Below, one piece after another: positions 1 through 8,507 of a DNA stretch of 26,038 bases; position 1 is the first letter of the stretch; every line of letters begins with the position of its first letter. The notes beneath the pieces were generated by a model, which made no database searches, was not told where the DNA came from, and saw only the letters and a program-made list of their open reading frames with translations. This DNA is from Candidatus Methylomirabilia bacterium (GTDB taxonomy: Bacteria > Methylomirabilota > Methylomirabilia > Rokubacteriales > CSP1-6), in contig JBGQHJ010000063.1 in NCBI GenBank assembly GCA_041497895.1, forward strand, positions 1 through 26,038, given 5' to 3'. The translations under genes and the position numbers were made by a program.

Positions 1-934
1 ATTCGATCACCTCATCCGCCCGCCCCAGGAGCGACGGCGGGATCGTCAGGCCGAGGGCTTTGGCGGTCTTGAGGTTGATGACCAGCTCGAACTTGGTCGG
101 CTGCTCGACGGGGAGATCGCCGGGGTTCGCACCTCTCAGGAGCTTGTCGACGTAGGAGGCGGCTCGACGGTAGGCGTCGACGAAGCTGGCGCGTAGGCCA
201 TCAGGCCGCCGGCCTCCACGTGCTCCGTCAGCCCTACACCGCCGGCAGCCGGCGGCTCGCCGCGAGGTTCGCGATGCGCGCCCGCTGATCCCCGAAGAGT
301 ATGTCCACGAGGACGACGAGCGCCCCGGCCCGCTCCCTGGTCATCGCCGCGAAGGCTTCGTCGATCTCGCGAGGGCTCCGCGCCTCCAGGAACTGAAGGC
401 GCATCCCCAATCCCCGGGCCGCGAGCTCCGCTGCTCTCAGCTGTGGTGGATTGCCCGGATTCGCGGGATCCCAGAGGACGGCCACCCGTGACACCTTGGG
501 AGCGAGCTCCCTGAGCATCTCCAGCTGCTTTCCCACGAGCTCCGGGCTCATGACCGACAGCCCGGTGATGTTTCCTCCCGGCCGCGCGAGGCTGGCGACG
601 AGACCGGTCGCCACCGGGTCGACGACAGCGGCCATGACGACCGGGATCGTGCGGGTCGCCTCCTTGGCCGCCCGGATCGCCGGCACCGCGGCCGTCACGA
701 TGACGTCCACCCTCAGCCGGACCAGCTCGGCGGCGAGCCCCGGAAGGCGCTCGTACTTCCCTTCCGCCCATCGAGACTCGATCGCGATGTTCTGACCCTC
801 CACATAGCCCAGCTTGGCGAGGCCGCGGCGAGGAATCCGATGCGATGGACCTTCCCCGCCTGCTGCGCACGGCCCGCGAGCGGCACGACGAGGAGACCGC
901 CGGCGATGCCGGAGACGAACGCCCTCCGGTCCAT
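1..934 (-). pseudogene. ABC transporter substrate-binding protein (ABC_sub_bind family), disrupted by an internal deletion and two 1-nt frameshifts
   Basis: The ATG at 934 overlaps the upstream TGA (TGATG). Four segments separated by three frame breaks read MDRRAFVSG...HRIGFLA / GLAKLGYVEGQNIAIE...RRLPAV / [14 protein letters not shown] / [63 protein letters not shown], collinear with the neighbouring intact paralog. Breaks lie at ~815-830, ~234 and ~191. The stop codon falls at the window edge. Confidence 0.85.
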
Positions 935-1914
935 CACTCGAGCACCTGATCGGCCTTGAGCAGCAGCGTCTGCGGAATCGTCAGCCCGAGCGTCTTGGCG
1001 GTTCTGACGTTGATGACCAGCTCGAACTTCGTGGCCTGCTGGACGGGGAGGTCGCCCGGCCTGGCTCCCTTGAGGATCTGGTCCACGTAGGTCGCCGCTC
1101 GGCGATACATGTCGGGAAAGCTGGGACCGTACGACATCAACCCGCCTACCTCGACAAAGGTCTTCGCCTCGTACGTCGCCGGGAGATGGCGCCGGGCCGC
1201 CAGCTGGGCCACGGTCCGCCCGTTCGCGTTGAGGAAGGGCGAGGCCAGGACCAGGAGGGCTTCCGCACGTCCCCTCGCTGCCGAAGCAAGCGCGCCTTCG
1301 AGATCGCCCGGCCCCCGCACGGCGAGGAGCTGCAGCCGGAGCTGCAGCGCCCGGGCCGCGGCTTGGGCCTGCTCGTAGCCGGAGGTATCGCCGAAGGTCG
1401 CGTCGGCCAGGACCGCAACCCGCGAGAGGGCCGGAATGGCTTCCTTCAACTGCTCGAGGCGTTTCGTCGTCAGCGCCTGATTCTGGAAGGCCAGCCCGGT
1501 GAAGTTCCCTCCGGGATGAGCGAGGCTCGCGACGAGGCCTTCCTCGACCGGGTCTGACATGATGGCCATGACGACGGGGACCGAGTCGGTGGCCCGCTTG
1601 AGCTCTCTCAGCGCCTGCTGGCCGGCCGCCACGACGACGTCCGGCGACAGCGCGAGCAGCTCCCGGACGAGGCCTCGGACCCGCTCCGACTTGCCGTCGG
1701 CGAAGCGCGCCTCGATGACGACGCTCTGCCCTTCGACGTAGCCCAGCTCCCGCAGCCCGGCCCGGAACGAGTCGAGGAGGGGACCCGAGAAGGCCGTCGA
1801 GCCGTTGCCGAGGAACGCGACCCGGGGAGTCGTCGTGGCCCGCTGGGCCTCGGCGGCGAGCGGCGCGGCGAGAAGGCTCCCGCTCACGACGGAGAGGAAC
1901 GTTCTCCGGTTCAT
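934..1914 (-). CDS. ABC transporter substrate-binding protein (ABC_sub_bind family)
   Basis: 326 aa. Tat-like N-terminus (MNRRTFL...AAEAQ), GLRELGYVEG, DPV..GLVASLAHPGGNFTG, GGLMSYGP and [14 protein letters not shown] family motifs. Confidence 0.93.
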   Translation of the reverse strand: MNRRTFLSVVSGSLLAAPLAAEAQRATTTPRVAFLGNGSTAFSGPLLDSFRAGLRELGYVEGQSVVIEARFADGKSERVRGLVRELLALSPDVVVAAGQQALRELKRATDSVPVVMAIMSDPVEEGLVASLAHPGGNFTGLAFQNQALTTKRLEQLKEAIPALSRVAVLADATFGDTSGYEQAQAAARALQLRLQLLAVRGPGDLEGALASAARGRAEALLVLASPFLNANGRTVAQLAARRHLPATYEAKTFVEVGGLMSYGPSFPDMYRRAATYVDQILKGARPGDLPVQQATKFELVINVRTAKTLGLTIPQTLLLKADQVLE

Positions 1915-1955
1915 TGCGCGGCGGTCATGGTACCACTAAGCGAGGAGGGACACCC

Positions 1956-2582
1956 ATGCTACTCGAGCATCAGGGCCGGCGCCCCCGCATCCACCCGACC
2001 GCCTACGTCGCTCCCACCGCCACCGTCTGCGGCGACGTGACCGTCGGCGCCGAGAGCCGCGTGCTCTTCGGCGCGGTCCTGGTCGCCGAGGGCGGACCGG
2101 TCACCGTGGGCCGCCACTCCATCGTCATGGAGCAGGCGGTGGTGCGCGGCACCGCCCGGCATCCCGCGAGCCTCGGCGACCACGTGCTGATCGGTCCCCA
2201 CGCGCACCTCACCGGCTGCACCGTCGAGGAGTGCGTCTTCGTGGCCACCGGCGCCTCGGTGTTCAACGGGGCCCGGCTCGGCGCGCGCGCCGAGGTGCGG
2301 ATCAACGGGGTGGTGCACGTCAACACCGTGGTCCCCGCGGACGCCACCGTGCCCATCGGGTGGGTGGCGGTGGGTGACCCGGCGCAGATCCTCCCGCCCG
2401 GCGAGCACGAGCGGATCTGGGCGGCGCAGAGGACGCTCGACTTCCCCCGCACCGTCTTCGGCCTCGAGCGGCCCGCGGACGGCCAGACCCTCATGCCCGA
2501 CCTCACCCGCCGCTACGCCCGCGCCCTGGCCGCCCACCGCGAAGACCACGTGCTCGGCCAGCACCCCTCCCACGACTTCTAG
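1956..2582 (+). CDS. gamma-carbonic anhydrase-like / left-handed beta-helix protein (atypical, canonical His ligands absent)
   Basis: GGAGG RBS upstream of ATG 1956. PRIHPTAYVAPTATVCGDVTVG N-terminus, hexapeptide repeats and WVAVGDPA motif. Confidence 0.85.
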   Translation: MLLEHQGRRPRIHPTAYVAPTATVCGDVTVGAESRVLFGAVLVAEGGPVTVGRHSIVMEQAVVRGTARHPASLGDHVLIGPHAHLTGCTVEECVFVATGASVFNGARLGARAEVRINGVVHVNTVVPADATVPIGWVAVGDPAQILPPGEHERIWAAQRTLDFPRTVFGLERPADGQTLMPDLTRRYARALAAHREDHVLGQHPSHDF

Positions 2583-2585
2583 GCC

Positions 2586-2614
2586 GGGGTCAGGTCTTAC
2601 ATTCCGACATTCCG
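2586..2614 (+). repeat. REP-like half element (GGGGTCAGGTCTTACATT...) with an 8-bp tandem duplication ACATTCCG x2
   Basis: Lies in the 40-bp gap between convergent genes. The tandem repeat at 2599-2614 is seen directly. Resemblance to GGGGTCAGGTCTTG-type extragenic repeats is from memory and unverified. Confidence 0.35.
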
Positions 2615-2622
2615 CCGGCGGC

Positions 2623-3357
2623 CTACCGCTTGAAGACCTCCTTCAGGAGATCGGTGGCGCGGGCGGACGGGTTGGTGCGGATCTCCTTCTCCTGGTCGCC
2701 CAGGACGTGGAAGAGCCCGGCCAGCCCCTTGTCGACGACGTAGCCGTCCAGGTCGAAGGTCTGCGACCGCGCGAACGGGATCGCCTCGAAGCGGGAGACC
2801 AGGTCCTTGTACTGGCGGGTGACGCCGACCTCGTTCATGGACTTGGAGACCGCAGGCCGGAACGCGGCGGTGAGCTGGGGCGTGGTCTTCGACCGGAAGA
2901 ACTCGGTGGCCGCGGTGTCGCCGCCGTTCAGGATCTTGCGCGCGTCGTCGAATCTCATCTTCCCGATCGCGTCGAGGAAGATCTGCTTGGCCTGCGGGGC
3001 CGCGCCCTCGGCGGCCCGGTTCATGCTCAGCACGAACTCGTCGATCCGGGGGCCGTAGCCGACGGTACGGAGGCCGGTCTCGAGGGTCTTGAGCTTCTCG
3101 GGCATCAGGATCTTGATCGCCTGGTTGGCGAAGTAGCCGTCGGTCTTGCCGGTGAGGCTCACCGTCTTGCCGGTGGCGACCTGGAGGGCCTCCTTGAGCC
3201 CGTCGGCGATCTTGGCGTCGGAGAGGCCGCTCCCGGCGCCCGATCCGGACAGCCCCTTGAGCAGCTTGTCGAGCTGCGCCGCCGCGGGCGTCGCCACCGC
3301 GAGCAGCGCGACGATCGCCAGCGCGGCCGCGTATCCCGATCTCACGAGCGAATGCAT
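2623..3357 (-). CDS. DUF4197 domain secreted protein
   Basis: AGGAG RBS before ATG 3357. Signal peptide ending PAAAQ. GLKEAL, DGYF.N..IKI.MP, SMNRAAE, AATEFF and [17 protein letters not shown] motifs are typical of DUF4197. Confidence 0.9.
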   Translation of the reverse strand: MHSLVRSGYAAALAIVALLAVATPAAAQLDKLLKGLSGSGAGSGLSDAKIADGLKEALQVATGKTVSLTGKTDGYFANQAIKILMPEKLKTLETGLRTVGYGPRIDEFVLSMNRAAEGAAPQAKQIFLDAIGKMRFDDARKILNGGDTAATEFFRSKTTPQLTAAFRPAVSKSMNEVGVTRQYKDLVSRFEAIPFARSQTFDLDGYVVDKGLAGLFHVLGDQEKEIRTNPSARATDLLKEVFKR

Positions 3358-3374
3358 GCGTTCTCCTGACCGGG

Positions 3375-4352
3375 CTAGAGGTACTGCCCGTAGCGGATCT
3401 TCTCGACGACGGCGCGGATGCGGCGGTAGACGTCGACCTGGCGCAGCAGGTCCTGGGTGGTGACGAGCCCCGCCTCCTGCCCCTGCCCGGCCGCGTGCAC
3501 CTTCTCCTCGAGCGCGCGCCGCAGGATGTCGCGGATCTCGCCGCCGCTCATGCCGCCCATCGGGGGCAGCAGCAGGCGGAAGTCGAGCTCGGCCACCAGC
3601 GGCCGGCCCGCGTTGTGCTCGGCCCGCGCGCGGGCCAGCGCGATGATCTGCTCCTGCGCCGCCGCGTCCGGCAGCGGGACCTCGACCAGGTGGTCGAGCC
3701 GACCCGGCGCCACCAGCGAGGGATCGACCGCGTCGGTGCGGCTGGTGGCCGCGATCACCACCAGGCGGGAGAAGCCGTCGATGGTGTCGAGCTTCTCGCA
3801 CAGCGCGGCCACGATGCGGGCGCCCGCCTCGCGGGCCTGGGCCGGCGGCAGCAGGTGCTCGAGCGCGAGCGCGTCGGCCTGGTCGAGCAGGACCACCGCC
3901 TTGCCCTGCTCCCGGGCGAGCCCGAGCACCTCCTGCAGCAGCTCGCCGGTGTTGGGCCCGAACTTCGAGGTGAGGGTGCCGAGCTTGAGGTGGTAGAAGA
4001 CCGCGCCCGCCTCCCGGGCCAGCGCCCGCGCGAGCAGCGTCTTGCCGGTGCCGGGCGGACCGTAGATCAGCATACCCTTGGGCGGAGTGATCCCCCACTT
4101 GCGGTAGAGCTCGGGGTCGGTGAGCGCGGTGACGAAGCTCCGCACCAGGCTCTTGGCCTCCACGAGGCCCGCGATGTCGGCGAACGACGTCTCGACCTTG
4201 ACCGCCACGTCGACGCGCCCGGTGAGCTCGGCGAGCTTCTCCCCGAGCTTGCCGAAGATCTCGCCGAGGCGGCGCTGGATCGCCCACTGCTGGCCCTCGA
4301 CGTCGGGCGGCACCGTCGGCGGCGAGCCGTCGCGCGGGTTGTCGGGCGCCAC
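3375..4352 (-). CDS. single-domain classic-clade AAA+ protein (PAN/Cdc48/FtsH-like core) with degenerate catalytic residues
   Basis: [41 protein letters not shown] (Walker A), Walker [43 protein letters not shown] start. Confidence 0.88.
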   Translation of the reverse strand: MAPDNPRDGSPPTVPPDVEGQQWAIQRRLGEIFGKLGEKLAELTGRVDVAVKVETSFADIAGLVEAKSLVRSFVTALTDPELYRKWGITPPKGMLIYGPPGTGKTLLARALAREAGAVFYHLKLGTLTSKFGPNTGELLQEVLGLAREQGKAVVLLDQADALALEHLLPPAQAREAGARIVAALCEKLDTIDGFSRLVVIAATSRTDAVDPSLVAPGRLDHLVEVPLPDAAAQEQIIALARARAEHNAGRPLVAELDFRLLLPPMGGMSGGEIRDILRRALEEKVHAAGQGQEAGLVTTQDLLRQVDVYRRIRAVVEKIRYGQYL

Positions 4353-4356
4353 GCGG

Positions 4357-4890
4357 CTAGATCCGCTCGCCGGGCCCCGCCGGGCTGCCCGGCAGGCGGT
4401 CGGCCTTCTCGAAGACGCGGTCCTCGACGAAGACCGGCGCCTTCGCGCGGATGGCGAGTGCGATCGCGTCGGAGGGGCGCGAGTCGAGCTCCATCGGCGC
4501 GCCGTCCACCGTCAGGTGGAGCGTCGCGTAGTAGGTGTTGTTGCGGAGATCGGTGATCACCACCCGCTCGACCCCGACCTTGAGGCGGCCGAGCAGGGTC
4601 AGGATGAGGTCGTGGGTCAGCGGCCGCGGCGGCGTGACGTGCTCGAGCGGCACCGCGATCGCGGTGGCCTCGGCGGCCCCGATCAGCATGAGCACGCGGC
4701 GCTTGTCGCGCTTGCCCTCGATCATGACCCCGTGCTGGCCGTTCGGGTCGCTGAAGACCCCGATCACCGAGACCTCCTGCGGGCCGACCGCGGGCGGCGC
4801 GGCGGTCCCGCCCGGATTGCCCGCGCCCGACAGCACCACGCCCAGCCCGAGCACCAGCACGAGACCGCTGAGTCGGCGGAGCTTCACCAT
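4357..4890 (-). CDS. bifunctional nuclease family protein (DUF151/BFN) with N-terminal signal/anchor segment
   Basis: GGAGG RBS before ATG 4890. IG..EATAIA, RPLTHDL, VVITDL..NTYYATL and DSRPSDAIALAIR signature motifs. Confidence 0.92.
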   Translation of the reverse strand: MVKLRRLSGLVLVLGLGVVLSGAGNPGGTAAPPAVGPQEVSVIGVFSDPNGQHGVMIEGKRDKRRVLMLIGAAEATAIAVPLEHVTPPRPLTHDLILTLLGRLKVGVERVVITDLRNNTYYATLHLTVDGAPMELDSRPSDAIALAIRAKAPVFVEDRVFEKADRLPGSPAGPGERI

Positions 4891-4925
4891 GGTCGACCGG
4901 ACCTCCTCGGGAGCGTCGTGCGAGC

Positions 4926-4955
4926 AGTATCGGCCCGCACCACCGCGCAAGTCAA
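4926..4955 (-). promoter_or_regulatory. putative sigma70 promoter for the DUF151-AAA-DUF4197 operon
   Basis: Minus strand TTGACT (4955-4950), 18 nt spacer, GATACT (4931-4926), about 35 nt upstream of the ATG. Confidence 0.5.
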
Positions 4956-6181
4956 CCGCGCGCCGCCGGTACCGGCGTAGCGTAGCCCACTCGGAGCCGC
5001 GTGCTCAGGAGCGAGCCCACCGCGAGCAGCACCGTCAGCGCGCTCCACATCACCGCGTAGCCGAGGCCGTGCGCCACGTAGCCGAAGACCACCGCCCCGG
5101 TGGTGTTGCCGAGCAGGATGACCGAGCTGAAGATCCCCACCGCGCTGCCGCGCCGCCGCTCGGCGGTCACGTCCATGAGCAGCGCGGACATCGCGGGATA
5201 CAGCCAGCCGTGGGCGCCGCCGGCCAGGAAGCCGGCCAGGAACAGGAAGGGCAGAACCGGCAGCCGGAGCGACGGCCAGAAGAGCAGGGCCACGATCGCG
5301 ATGATGCAGGTCGCGCCCGCCTGCACGAACATGCACGGGATGATCACCGCGCGCCGCCCGCGCACGTCGATCAGGCTGCCGCCCATCAGCCGCACCAGCA
5401 TCGCGGCCACCGCGTAGGCGGTGTAGAAGAGACCGACGCTCGTGACCCCGAGGATCTCGCCGAAGGTGGGGAGGAAGGTGAAGATGGTGCCGGTGCCGAG
5501 CCCGAAGAAGAAGCCGAGCAGCATGTGCATGTGCCGGAGCTCGAGCAGCCCTTCCCGGATCACGTGCAGCCCCGGCCGCGCGCCCAGCGCCGACGGGCGC
5601 ACGTCCCGCACGTTCCAGCACACCGCGAGCGCGCCGGCCGCGATGAGGGTGGCCGCCGCGAAGAACCAGCGGAAGCCGAGCCGCCGGATCATGAGCTCGC
5701 CGAAGAGCGGGGCGAGCGAGGTGGAGACGAGGCCCGAGAGCCCGAAGATGCCGAGGGCCCAGCCCCGGCGCTCGACCGGGACCATCTCCACCACGTGGAT
5801 GTAGTTGGCCACGAAGAACGCGGAGAAGGCCACGCCCTGGAGCACGCGGAGCGCGCCCAGGAGCGGCAGCGGGCTCGAGACCACGAAGAGCGCGCAGGAG
5901 ACCACGAGCAGCCCGACCCCGAGGCGCATGAAGAAGCGGCGCCCGAGGTAGTCGATGAGGGCGCCCACCACCGGCTGGCACACGATGCCGGCCGCGCTGT
6001 AGAAGCCTTGCACCAGCCCGATGTCCGCCTCGTCGCCGCCCAGCTGCTGGATGTAGAGCGGCAGCAGCAGGAATCCGTTCAGGGCGCCGAAGAAGAAGAA
6101 GTTGGTGAGCATGATCCGCGCGAACGGACCATGTCGGAGGAGCTCGGCGGGGCCGGTCAACCGCGTTGCGGCGGCATCCAC
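4952..6181 (-). CDS. MFS transporter
   Basis: About 409 aa from GTG 6181 (start approximate). About 12 hydrophobic segments, motif A GALIDYLGRR and its repeat GSLIDVRGRR, PVERRGWALG. Confidence 0.9.
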   Translation of the reverse strand: MDAAATRLTGPAELLRHGPFARIMLTNFFFFGALNGFLLLPLYIQQLGGDEADIGLVQGFYSAAGIVCQPVVGALIDYLGRRFFMRLGVGLLVVSCALFVVSSPLPLLGALRVLQGVAFSAFFVANYIHVVEMVPVERRGWALGIFGLSGLVSTSLAPLFGELMIRRLGFRWFFAAATLIAAGALAVCWNVRDVRPSALGARPGLHVIREGLLELRHMHMLLGFFFGLGTGTIFTFLPTFGEILGVTSVGLFYTAYAVAAMLVRLMGGSLIDVRGRRAVIIPCMFVQAGATCIIAIVALLFWPSLRLPVLPFLFLAGFLAGGAHGWLYPAMSALLMDVTAERRRGSAVGIFSSVILLGNTTGAVVFGYVAHGLGYAVMWSALTVLLAVGSLLSTRLRVGYATPVPAARG

Positions 6182-6218
6182 GGCGACAGTAGAATGACCG
6201 GCGACATGAACGCCCGCG

Positions 6219-6227
6219 AGTATAGCA
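6219..6227 (-). promoter_or_regulatory. putative extended -10 promoter for the MFS gene
   Basis: Minus strand TG-C-TATACT about 40 nt upstream of the MFS start. A TAGAAT on the plus strand (6190-6195) may serve the divergent gene. Confidence 0.45.
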
Positions 6228-7114
6228 TGCGGCCGCGCGCGCGCCGGCGCGGCGAGACGATCGCGGCCGTGATGGCGGCCGCCGCGCGCCTCGGACCGGA
6301 CGGGCGCGGCCGCTTCCTCGCGCCCGCGCGGCTGCAGAGCTGGCCCGGCATCGTCCACGGCGGCGGCCTGGTGGCCCTGCTCGACGCGGCCGCGCGCACC
6401 CTCGGGCCCTACGACGGGCCGCGCCGCCTCGACGGGCGCCTCACCTCGTCGGTGCCGATCGAGACCTCGCTCGACCTCGAGGGACACGCGGAGGGCCGCT
6501 CGGCCACCGTCACCATCCTGCAGCGCGCCCAGCCCCTGACCTCCGCCGCGGTCGAGACCGGCCCGGGGGAGGCCGCCGCGCCCGAGGCGGGATGGCACGC
6601 GGCCGGGCGCGAGGGCTGGCCGATGCCGCTCTCCGATCAGTGCCTGGCCTGCGGAGCCCGCAACCCGCTCGGTCTCCAGCTCGGCCTGCGCTTCGACGAC
6701 GAGGGCGTGTGGGCGCGCTTCCTGCCGCGCGAGCCGTGGCGCCGGCCGGGCGACCGCCTCGATCCCGCCCTGGCCCCGGTGCTGCTCGACGAGGTCGCGT
6801 GGTGGCTCGGCGCGCTCGTGACGAAGGAGGGCGGCCTCACCAACCGGATCAGCGTGACCCTGCTGCGCCCCGACGCGGTCGCGCCCGGGCCGATCACCGC
6901 GATCGGCCGGTTCGCCGACGTGACCCCGGTCGACCGACGGCGCGTGTTCTGGCGCACCCGCTCCGGGCTGCTCGCCGCCGACGGCACCCTGCTCGCCAGC
7001 GCCACCATCGTGTTCCGACCCGGTGTCGAGTACTCCGAGCGCCAGATGAGCTACTTCCGCTCGCGGACCGATCCGGAGATCTTCGCCCGGATGTTCCCCG
7101 CCTACGCGGGCTAG
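6227..7114 (+). CDS. tandem (double) hotdog-fold thioesterase-like protein
   Basis: N-half has QSWPGIVHGGGLVALLD (PaaI-like). C-half has CLACGARNPLGLQL...VLLDEVAWW. Start uncertain (ATGs at 6194/6206/6227/6272). The stop shares CTAG with the convergent sigma gene. Confidence 0.75.
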   Translation: MRPRARRRGETIAAVMAAAARLGPDGRGRFLAPARLQSWPGIVHGGGLVALLDAAARTLGPYDGPRRLDGRLTSSVPIETSLDLEGHAEGRSATVTILQRAQPLTSAAVETGPGEAAAPEAGWHAAGREGWPMPLSDQCLACGARNPLGLQLGLRFDDEGVWARFLPREPWRRPGDRLDPALAPVLLDEVAWWLGALVTKEGGLTNRISVTLLRPDAVAPGPITAIGRFADVTPVDRRRVFWRTRSGLLAADGTLLASATIVFRPGVEYSERQMSYFRSRTDPEIFARMFPAYAG

Positions 7115-8394
7115 CCGCCCTCCGCGGTCTCGCAGGCGTAGAGCCGCGTGGCGAGGAACGTCTGCTCGCGCGGGTTGTGCACGAGCCGGAGCGCCTCACG
7201 ATACGCGGCGGCGGCCTCACCGAAGCGACCGAGCCGGCGAAGGAACTCGGCCCGCGCGGCCGGCAGGAGGTGGTAGCCCCGCAGCGCGGACGCGTCGATC
7301 CGGTCGAGGGCCGCGAGCCCGTCCGCCGGCCCGCGCGCGAGCCCGATCGCGACCGCCCGGTTCAGCTCGACCACCGGCGACGGGGCGACCGCCGCGAGCG
7401 CGTGGTAGTGCTCGACGATCCCAATCCAGTCGGTGGCTTCCCACGACGCGGCCCGGGCGTGACAGGCGGCGATGGCGGCCTGGAGCTGATACGCCCCGGC
7501 CCGCGCGACCGGGCCGGCGCGCTCGAGCTCGGCGAGCCCGCGGGCGATCCGGGGCCGGTCCCAGCGGAGCCGATCCTGGTCCTCGAGCAACACGAGATTC
7601 CCCTCGGCGTCGGTGCGCGCCGCGGACCGGGCGGCCTGCAGCTCCATCAGGGCGAGCAGCCCGCGGACCTCCGGCTCGTCCGGCATCAGCTCGGCGAGCA
7701 CGCGGCCGAGCCGGATGGCCTCCTCGCAGAGATCCTGGCGCACGAGATCGCTCCCGGAGGACGCCGCGTAGCCCTCGTTGAAGATCAGGTACGTCACCGC
7801 GAGGACCGCCGACAGCCGCGCCGACAGCTCGGCTCCCTCCGGCACCTCGTAGGGAAACCGCCCGTCGCGGATCGTCCGCTTGGCGCGCACGAGCCGCTGC
7901 GCGATGGTCGGCTCCGGTACGAGGAATCCTCGCGCGATCTCGGCCGTCGAGAGCCCTCCCACCAGCCTCAGGGTGAGGGCCACGCGACTGTCGGCGGGCA
8001 AGGCCGGGTGGCAGCACGTGAAGATGAGCCGGAGCCGATCGTCGGGGATCTCCTCGGGATCGGCCACGTCAGGCGGCGGCTCCATCATCCCGAGCGCGTG
8101 GTGGGCGAGGGCCTCCGCCCTGGCTCCGGCCCGGCGGACCCGGCGCAGATGATCCAGCGCGCGGCGTCGAGCGGTGGTGAGCAGCCACGCGCCCGGGCGG
8201 TCCGGCACCCCGCTCACCGGCCAGTGATCGAGCGCCTGCTCGAACGCTCCCTGGACGACCTCCTGGGCCAGGTCGATGTCGCGCACGATCCGGAGCACGG
8301 AAGCGATCACGCGCGCGGACTCGGCGCGGAAGGTCTCCGCCACCTGCGCCCGCACCGGGTCGGATGAGGGCGGCCCGTGGTCGATCGATCCCAT
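7111..8394 (-). CDS. ECF42-group RNA polymerase sigma factor with C-terminal TPR-like (DUF6596) extension
   Basis: WP..GVPDRPGAWLLTTARRRALD, IPDDRLRLIFTCCHPAL, TIAQRLVRAKR, YLIFNEGY, LEDQDRLRWD, YQLQAAIAACH, SPVVELNRAVA. About 427 aa, downstream of a DGPF gene. Confidence 0.92.
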   Translation of the reverse strand: MGSIDHGPPSSDPVRAQVAETFRAESARVIASVLRIVRDIDLAQEVVQGAFEQALDHWPVSGVPDRPGAWLLTTARRRALDHLRRVRRAGARAEALAHHALGMMEPPPDVADPEEIPDDRLRLIFTCCHPALPADSRVALTLRLVGGLSTAEIARGFLVPEPTIAQRLVRAKRTIRDGRFPYEVPEGAELSARLSAVLAVTYLIFNEGYAASSGSDLVRQDLCEEAIRLGRVLAELMPDEPEVRGLLALMELQAARSAARTDAEGNLVLLEDQDRLRWDRPRIARGLAELERAGPVARAGAYQLQAAIAACHARAASWEATDWIGIVEHYHALAAVAPSPVVELNRAVAIGLARGPADGLAALDRIDASALRGYHLLPAARAEFLRRLGRFGEAAAAYREALRLVHNPREQTFLATRLYACETAEGG

Positions 8395-8458
8395 GGGCCG
8401 CGATGTTACGCCATCCGGCGGCCATGCTCGATCCTCGCCCGCGGGCCAGGAGGTCCAC

Positions 8459-8502
8459 GGGTCCGCTTCGCGGGCCGGGCCGGCGGCCCACGCGGCGGAC
8501 CC
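8459..8502 (-). terminator. GC-rich hairpin just downstream of the YciI stop (terminator-like or RNA-stabilising, no U-tract)
   Basis: GGGTCCGC (8459-8466) pairs with GCGGACCC (8495-8502), with inner stem GGGCCG/CGGCCC. Confidence 0.45.
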
Positions 8503-8507
8503 GACGC

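Noticed and set aside
234..236. TAG readthrough or programmed frameshifting in the first binding-protein gene
   Set aside because: Three separate frame breaks, including a multi-codon deletion, and no slippery site; decay or error is simpler.
2623..4287. Apparent long fusions in the ORF track (554-aa DUF4197, 452-aa NUDIX, 367-aa GcvH, 458-aa PxpC, 859-aa thioesterase)
   Set aside because: The N-terminal parts are off-frame or antisense reads of neighbouring genes. Internal starts with an RBS or stop/start overlap give normal-sized proteins (the thioesterase start remains uncertain).
3375..4352. Proteasome ATPase (ARC/PAN) or FtsH assignment
   Set aside because: No coiled-coil/OB, TM or protease domain and no proteasome genes nearby. 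The C-terminus (GQYL) superficially resembles an HbYX tail but Q is not hydrophobic, so this is too weak to support.
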